DNA from: a virus
Reading direction: 5' to 3' (one strand)
Length of the DNA: 64,000 nucleotides
Virus record (IMG/VR): IMGVR_UViG_3300020182_000007
Below the pieces are notes generated by a model. It was not told where the DNA came from. It saw only the letters and a list, made by a program, of their open reading frames with translations, and searched no databases. Made by a program: the position numbers and the translations under genes. Shown in pieces: positions 58,729 to 64,000 of this stretch (positions within the stretch are counted from its first letter, which is position 1; each line of letters opens with the position of its first letter).

Positions 58729-58980
58729 TTAAGACATTTTAGGCATTTTCATACTTGGTATACTCATGTTAGGCATTTTCATACCTCCCATCATATTACC
58801 CATACCTTCTTGCTGTCCTTTATTTGCTTCGTTTTCTTTCTTAACGTCCTCTACTAAATCTTTGACAATATAATGAAATTCATAATATTCTAACTTGTCT
58901 AATTCAGAAGGCTGTATCGATAGGTTTTTATATATGTAAAACCGTACCTTAAAGAAGTTCTCCAGAGAGATCTTGAACAA
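58729..58980 (-). CDS. Tail assembly chaperone C-terminal extension (probably reached by a +1 frameshift)
   Basis: No ATG start; overlaps the upstream gene end in the +1 frame; IQPSELDKLEYYEF resembles chaperone GT tails. Confidence 0.65.
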   Translation of the reverse strand: MFKISLENFFKVRFYIYKNLSIQPSELDKLEYYEFHYIVKDLVEDVKKENEANKGQQEGMGNMMGGMKMPNMSIPSMKMPKMS

Positions 58981-59938
58981 TGAAAAGAGATTTGATCCCG
59001 TCGCGAAAGTTTATAGGGATCGAGGCCTCCTCTTCCTCGATCATAACTTTCATTTCTGGTTGAATACCTATTTTTAATTTTTCAGCTAGCTTATATAGTA
59101 ACAAATATTTTTTATTGTCCCATCCATTCATTTCAACTTCAAGTTCCCATAATCTTTTTTGACTAAATGTTCTCCAATCAGAAGCAACAAACGGCGCTAT
59201 TTGAAGAAGAGACTGATCTATTTCTTGACCTTTATCTCTACGTTCTTTAATATATGTTGTAATTTCGCGCATTACTCCAATTGATGGTGGCTTCATTATG
59301 ATATCACCATATGTCTTTGTTTTAACTAAGTACGCTCTATGCTCTTCGTCATAGTATTTTTCAATATCCGCAGGAACGTCAAAATACTGAAAATGCTCTC
59401 TCTTTATTTCAACTTCGTGGTTTTTACCTTTACTATTAGACCAATCAACTTTTAGCTTATTTTCAGGTTCAGGAAATGTAAGATCTCTGATTGCTAAAAT
59501 AAGTATAAATCTATCTTCTTCACATAAATCTTTGTAAGAAACTCTAGATGTTTTAGCAGTAACTCTAGTGCAAGACTCTACAATTGCATTTAGCTTATCA
59601 TCTATGTCGAGCAAGTTGTTCTCATCCATTGTTGAAAAGTGTCTAATTTCAGCAACTTTAGCAGATCTAATTTTGATAATGGTATCTGTTGGATAAAACC
59701 TACCATATGATGGTAAACTATCTAGTGGTACATCGTGCCATCCGAGTGCAAGGTCTGGTGCAACTGCAGTGTCTGGCTTGAACCTATCCATGTTGATAGA
59801 ACCTAACCCTTCTTTATCAAGTGCCTCTTCCATTTTACTAGTTTGATCTTCCGTAGCTTCTGTAGTCTGATTAGACATTTCTCTAGATTCTAGATCTCTT
59901 GCCAACTCTTCGCTATTTTTGTTTAAATCTTTATTCAT
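58949..59938 (-). CDS. Baseplate hub / tail assembly chaperone (T4 gp26-like)
   Basis: LPSYGRFYP, IRSAKVAE, DRFILILAIRDLTF and MKPPSIG; lies between tube and tape measure. Confidence 0.7.
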   Translation of the reverse strand: MNKDLNKNSEELARDLESREMSNQTTEATEDQTSKMEEALDKEGLGSINMDRFKPDTAVAPDLALGWHDVPLDSLPSYGRFYPTDTIIKIRSAKVAEIRHFSTMDENNLLDIDDKLNAIVESCTRVTAKTSRVSYKDLCEEDRFILILAIRDLTFPEPENKLKVDWSNSKGKNHEVEIKREHFQYFDVPADIEKYYDEEHRAYLVKTKTYGDIIMKPPSIGVMREITTYIKERRDKGQEIDQSLLQIAPFVASDWRTFSQKRLWELEVEMNGWDNKKYLLLYKLAEKLKIGIQPEMKVMIEEEEASIPINFRDGIKSLFIVQDLSGELL

Positions 59939-60162
59939 TTTTTGTATATTTTTGTAATTTGATCTTTAGTTATTTTTTTAGTTTCTGGTATCTGGGTTTT
60001 TAATTCTGTTTGAATCAGGCCTCTAATAAATGCACTAATAGAAATGGGTCGGGCCTGATGTTCAACTGCTTCTATTAGTATTAGTCTATTTACCATGTCA
60101 ACCTCATCTTCAGTCAATAAAACTTGAAGCTTTTTGGTTAATTTGTGGTTGTGTATTGACAT
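59935..60162 (-). CDS. Ribbon-helix-helix-like small DNA-binding protein
   Basis: KLQVLLTEDE...SISAFIRGLI. Confidence 0.55.
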   Translation of the reverse strand: MSIHNHKLTKKLQVLLTEDEVDMVNRLILIEAVEHQARPISISAFIRGLIQTELKTQIPETKKITKDQITKIYKK

Positions 60163-60207
60163 AAATATAGTATTTTAATATGTTTATATTTTAATATGTT
60201 TTCGGTG

Positions 60208-60243
60208 GTAAAAAAAAGGGAAGGATGAAAGTCCTTCCCCTAT
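60208..60243 (-). terminator. Rho-independent terminator
   Basis: Minus strand AGGGGAAGGAC-TTTC-ATCCTTCCCTT-TTTTT. Confidence 0.85.
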
Positions 60244-60252
60244 TTAAGTTAT

Positions 60253-60813
60253 TTAGTTAATTTCTTCTGAAAACGTATCACATCTCCAAACTATTTCTAA
60301 AGCAGCAGGTTCAGCTCCTGATTCGTAGTTTAGCTCTCCAGTAAATCCTATAGCTGAAGTAATGAAACAATCTTCTAAAGTAATCTTTCTATAAATGTCT
60401 CCAGCTCTATTAAACTGTACGACAACTAATGTACCAACATAATCCTTCTTTAGTCCCATTTCACCGGTTTCAGGATTGTATTGTTTTCTATACCATTCTC
60501 TCATCGTTTTGTAAACGTAAGCTTGGTTAGAATCGTTTAAGTTTAAAGAAAAGTTAATAGTAATGTTATGCGCAGAACCGTCTGGCATTCCAGCATAAGA
60601 ACGCGTTGCGAACTTATATTTTTGTTCTACTGCAGCAACTTCTCTGCTAAGAGTGTCTAATCCTGCAATTGAATTAATATGCTGTAGTAATAGGTCGGCT
60701 CCTGCAACTCCATCTGGAGGCAAAATACTAACTTCGAACAGGTTAGTCTGTACTGGTTCGAAGTGTTTACCTTTCTTACTTGTTTGATCTTCTCTATAAT
60801 GTGGTAAGGCCAT
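60253..60813 (-). CDS. Tail tube protein (T4 gp19-like)
   Basis: Follows the sheath; TNLFEV, INFSLN, WYRKQYNPETG and VVQFNRAGD patterns. Confidence 0.85.
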   Translation of the reverse strand: MALPHYREDQTSKKGKHFEPVQTNLFEVSILPPDGVAGADLLLQHINSIAGLDTLSREVAAVEQKYKFATRSYAGMPDGSAHNITINFSLNLNDSNQAYVYKTMREWYRKQYNPETGEMGLKKDYVGTLVVVQFNRAGDIYRKITLEDCFITSAIGFTGELNYESGAEPAALEIVWRCDTFSEEIN

Positions 60814-60846
60814 ATCTTTATGTTTCTTTTATTTTATATATCTTTA

Positions 60847-63747
60847 TTATGCAAAGTTTCCTGTTGCTATTTCTCCAGTGTTTAGTACTGTTACTCTAGA
60901 AACTAGAATTTCTAATCCTTTAACTGGTTCAACATAAGTGTCTATGACTCCCATATTGTTATCTATAACTTCAGAAGTATTATTAGTTCCATCCATTATG
61001 TTTCTGTAATCGTAAACACCTTGATCTTTTTTAACAGATTCCATAAAGCTGTCCGCAAGAGTTTTAATTTCAAGTCTTGTTTGAGCAGTGTTGAATTCAA
61101 ATAAATAGTTTTTCAAGATTTCAGCTAGACCATCTTCAATGTAGATTAATACTTCTCTTACGTGAGCAGTAGAAAGCGCCGATTGAATTGATTGTTGTGC
61201 TGTTTTATTACCTTTGATTACAATACCAGCTCCTCTTTCGAAGATAATTGGGTTAATTCCAAATGGCTCTAAGTAATCTCTATCGTCTTTATCATATGCG
61301 TATTCTATTCCTTGTACTCCAGTACCTCCAACAACTCCTCTTCTAGGACCTGCTACAATTGACCATGGTAATGAATCAGTATACTTATCAACAAAGTTGT
61401 TTGATACAAACGCCGCTGGTGGAACAACTTTAACTCTTCCGTTTTCTATAACGTTTAATCCAGGTGAAAAGAAGAATCCATAACTTGCTCCTTCATTAAT
61501 TGAAGGTAAAGTATATAGAGCCTGAGGATTTAAGTTTAAGTTACCTCCAGTTGGAATGTATCTTGTTTGGAAAGATCCTGTGTTTTCATCAATGAAAGAA
61601 GGATTAGTCGAAGCCTTAAATTCTTTTACCATAGGTGCGTTAAGAATTGCAGAAACGTTTTGTCTTGCTTTTGCCAACTGTGTGTATTGTTCTTTATTAA
61701 GAAGTCCACTAGCACCCTCAAATGATCCAAAGGTATCTACTAAGTATCTATAAGTAATAGCGTCCTTATCAATTAGAGTGTTAGAAACACCATTTCCAGG
61801 GATTAGAACATCAATTAATTCTTTGATTGTCTTTTCGCTATTTTGCGCAGCTTCTAATACAAATGGCTTATATGCATCTGATGCAGAATCAAAAGATCCT
61901 AATGCGTATGCCGGAGCGGTTGGTACATCTCTGTGGCAGATAAAAGTATAAGTATATCTGTCATCCTTTCCACCGTTAACGCCAGCTTCGAATTTTCTTC
62001 TAATTTCAAGAATTCTTGCTAGTTTATCGCTTCCTTGTATTGGAAGATACATACCAACTTTAATGTTATCTGTTAACGAAGTATCTTCGTCAGTTGCAGC
62101 AGGCACTGTGTAAACGTACTTAAACTCTCCTGCTGTTGCAGCATTTGCAAAAGTCCATCCAGCTCCAGTTGGGAAGAAGAATGTTCTTTCGTTAACTCCA
62201 ATTTCAAATAGATCAAACACTGTATTGTTTGATTGAGCGTATGTTGTTAGGTTACCAGCAGTTCCGCTAGCTAATCCAGAACTAAATCCAGCATTTCCAG
62301 CAGGAACGATAGTTACAATACCACCACTTCCACTTGTACCAGCTCCTCCTAGATCATCTGTTACTGAAAGAATTTTTGTATATTCTCCGCTATTTGAGCT
62401 TGGAAGATATTTTCCAGCAGTAAGATCTCCAGGTGAAAAAGTACCAGCATATGATATTACTAAGTTTTGTCCAACAAAACCAGCCTGTGCAAATGATGCT
62501 GCATTTAAATCAGCTGCAAATTTTTCATAGTATGCCTTATTGATTGCCTCTTCAGCAACAACAGTAACATCTCCAGTTATTGCGTTTCTTGAAGTTGTAA
62601 GAATCTTAGTATATTCTCCAGTAACATTAGCTACTAGGAAGTTATCAGATAAAAGACCAGTAGATACCATTGTATTGTAATCTGATACTGATACATTTTT
62701 TATTAACATTTCAGTTCCAGTAACTTCGCATATTTTATCAAACGCTGAGTTTCTTGGGTCATTTAATTGACTAGGTTGTTGTTGAACAACAACATGCGAT
62801 AATAATTCATAGTCTTGAAAGATTTCAAAAGCTTCACCAACAAAATCAATTTTGTCTAGAGCATCTTCATTAACTGCTGCAAATAAACCAGTTCTTCTAG
62901 CTTCTGCGTTAATTAATGTTTCAATATAGTATTGTTTTCCTTCATTATCTTGAAAATCTGGAATTAATGAACCGGTATATTTTGCAAGAAGAGAAACTTC
63001 TCTTAAGTTTGCAAAATTTCCAAACTGTGCTGGAATTATACCGTTTGAATTAAAGTAGTTTCCATAAGTTGGATCGTTGTTTAAATCAGCAGTTACAAAT
63101 CTTCCTTTAAATACATAAACGTCAACCATATAATCTGAAATATAATCTAGATCATCTACTCCTTCTGGTGTATTTCCTTCGCCATACCATTCTCTAGCAG
63201 TAACATCAAATCCTCTAGTATCTCCAGATTGAGTAACTATTATAGTTATTGGATCTTGTTTAATGTTAGTAAATGTTAGTGCGTTGTTTGAAGTTTCTGC
63301 AGTATTTCCAGCTACTGTTAATAACTTTTGATCTTCCGGTGTCCAGAACTTATCTCTATTAAAGATGTTCTTATATAGGGTAGATCCGCTAGCTGCAGGG
63401 TTTCCTTGAATTGAACCATTAGTAGTTGGAGAATTCCACCATACTTTATCAACGTCATTTGAAGAAGTAAGGTTTAATGCTATAATTGGACCTCTAGATA
63501 GAGTCTCAAGAGCAGATCTGTGGAAATACATTCCTTTTCTTTCTAGGTTCTTATCGATAGAACCAAAGATTTGTACAAAAGTTTCAGTATCTTCGACAAA
63601 AACTGGAGTGTTGTATGGTCCTTTTTTAGAGTGACCTACAACTAATCTAATAGTTTCTGCAGGGATATTGACAGTTTGTGATTTATCGAATTCTAATCGA
63701 TAAACACCTGAACTCTTGAATTGTTGTAATTGAGGACTTAGTGCCAT
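60847..63747 (-). CDS. Contractile tail sheath protein (T4 gp18-like)
   Basis: SSGVYRLEFD, KKGPYN, AGPRRG, DRDYLEPFGINPI, VREVLIYIE, LFEFN and DTYVEPVK. Confidence 0.93.
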   Translation of the reverse strand: MALSPQLQQFKSSGVYRLEFDKSQTVNIPAETIRLVVGHSKKGPYNTPVFVEDTETFVQIFGSIDKNLERKGMYFHRSALETLSRGPIIALNLTSSNDVDKVWWNSPTTNGSIQGNPAASGSTLYKNIFNRDKFWTPEDQKLLTVAGNTAETSNNALTFTNIKQDPITIIVTQSGDTRGFDVTAREWYGEGNTPEGVDDLDYISDYMVDVYVFKGRFVTADLNNDPTYGNYFNSNGIIPAQFGNFANLREVSLLAKYTGSLIPDFQDNEGKQYYIETLINAEARRTGLFAAVNEDALDKIDFVGEAFEIFQDYELLSHVVVQQQPSQLNDPRNSAFDKICEVTGTEMLIKNVSVSDYNTMVSTGLLSDNFLVANVTGEYTKILTTSRNAITGDVTVVAEEAINKAYYEKFAADLNAASFAQAGFVGQNLVISYAGTFSPGDLTAGKYLPSSNSGEYTKILSVTDDLGGAGTSGSGGIVTIVPAGNAGFSSGLASGTAGNLTTYAQSNNTVFDLFEIGVNERTFFFPTGAGWTFANAATAGEFKYVYTVPAATDEDTSLTDNIKVGMYLPIQGSDKLARILEIRRKFEAGVNGGKDDRYTYTFICHRDVPTAPAYALGSFDSASDAYKPFVLEAAQNSEKTIKELIDVLIPGNGVSNTLIDKDAITYRYLVDTFGSFEGASGLLNKEQYTQLAKARQNVSAILNAPMVKEFKASTNPSFIDENTGSFQTRYIPTGGNLNLNPQALYTLPSINEGASYGFFFSPGLNVIENGRVKVVPPAAFVSNNFVDKYTDSLPWSIVAGPRRGVVGGTGVQGIEYAYDKDDRDYLEPFGINPIIFERGAGIVIKGNKTAQQSIQSALSTAHVREVLIYIEDGLAEILKNYLFEFNTAQTRLEIKTLADSFMESVKKDQGVYDYRNIMDGTNNTSEVIDNNMGVIDTYVEPVKGLEILVSRVTVLNTGEIATGNFA

Positions 63748-63821
63748 AGTTTTATATTTTTATTTTTTTATATGTTATATATCTAATTAATCTTGCTTGT
63801 TTTAACAAGGTTGCCTAATAA

Positions 63822-64000
63822 TTAATCTAATAGCGAATAAATGTCAAATTGAAGATCGCCTTGATCTTCAGAATCCTTATATAATGTCTGTTCCATCTTA
63901 ATATGTATTTCAGGATCTACAAAGTCTAAAAGTTCTTCGACGTAATCTGCGTAGTCGGTTGTGTTAAAAAATTCAGTAGCAGTTATACATGACATTATAA
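63822..64000 (-). CDS. C-terminus of the upstream gene, probably terminase large subunit (T4 gp17-like)
   Basis: Hand translation ...IMSCITATEFFNTTDYADYVEELLDFVDP...DIYSLLD*; assigned mainly from T4-type gp17-gp18-gp19 synteny. Confidence 0.45.
   Translation of the reverse strand, partial: IMSCITATEFFNTTDYADYVEELLDFVDPEIHIKMEQTLYKDSEDQGDLQFDIYSLLD

Larger units (their letters stand above)
4811..63783 (-). promoter_or_regulatory. Putative late-promoter motif GATATATA (plus strand tatatatc) at 4811, 8870, 12203, 13693, 16641, 17486, 17571, 20147, 28516, 39353, 39778, 41026, 47433, 58681, 60835, 63776
   Basis: Found upstream of sheath, tube, tape measure, leader-bearing genes, homing endonucleases and the tRNA, usually 5-60 nt before the start. 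Confidence 0.75.

Noticed and set aside
1992-61753. Plus-strand ORFs in the track (e.g. 2884-3192, 3217-3603, 40660-41358, 56687-57250)
   Set aside because: They are antisense shadows of minus-strand genes or repeat artefacts (FHQLQK); none has a recognisable motif or its own promoter.

Overview
This AT-rich 64 kb window comes from a large T4-like tailed bacteriophage with a contractile tail. Essentially all genes lie on the minus strand. The host is probably Bacteroidota/Flavobacteria, inferred from an Hc1 histone-H1-like gene, a T9SS type-B sorting domain and A-rich leaders without Shine-Dalgarno sites. The right end holds the tail module: a probable terminase C-terminus, then sheath, tube, gp26-like chaperone and tape measure. 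The middle holds DNA/RNA metabolism and auxiliary genes: DNA ligase, CCA-adding enzyme, RimK, ECF sigma, guanylate kinase, a NEIL1-like glycosylase, exonucleases, glycosyltransferases and an amidase endolysin. The left end holds a cluster of predicted internal head proteins. The main observations are: (1) a family of T4-like capsid-targeting leaders (MKHIKLFEQFxNE) on about 14 proteins, including enzymes; (2) polyproteins whose modules are separated by a 21-bp DNA repeat encoding ESVVTE(A/G), a likely prohead-protease site; (3) a tRNA-Ala(UGC) with a group I intron in the T-loop, next to an HNH gene and a degenerate copy of the intron-less junction; (4) a glycosylase resembling animal NEIL1; (5) a prfB-like +1 frameshift site in the tail chaperone; (6) a candidate large structured ncRNA; and (7) an ~80-bp promoter-like element repeated between accessory genes. 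All family assignments come from motifs recognised by eye; no database searches were run.
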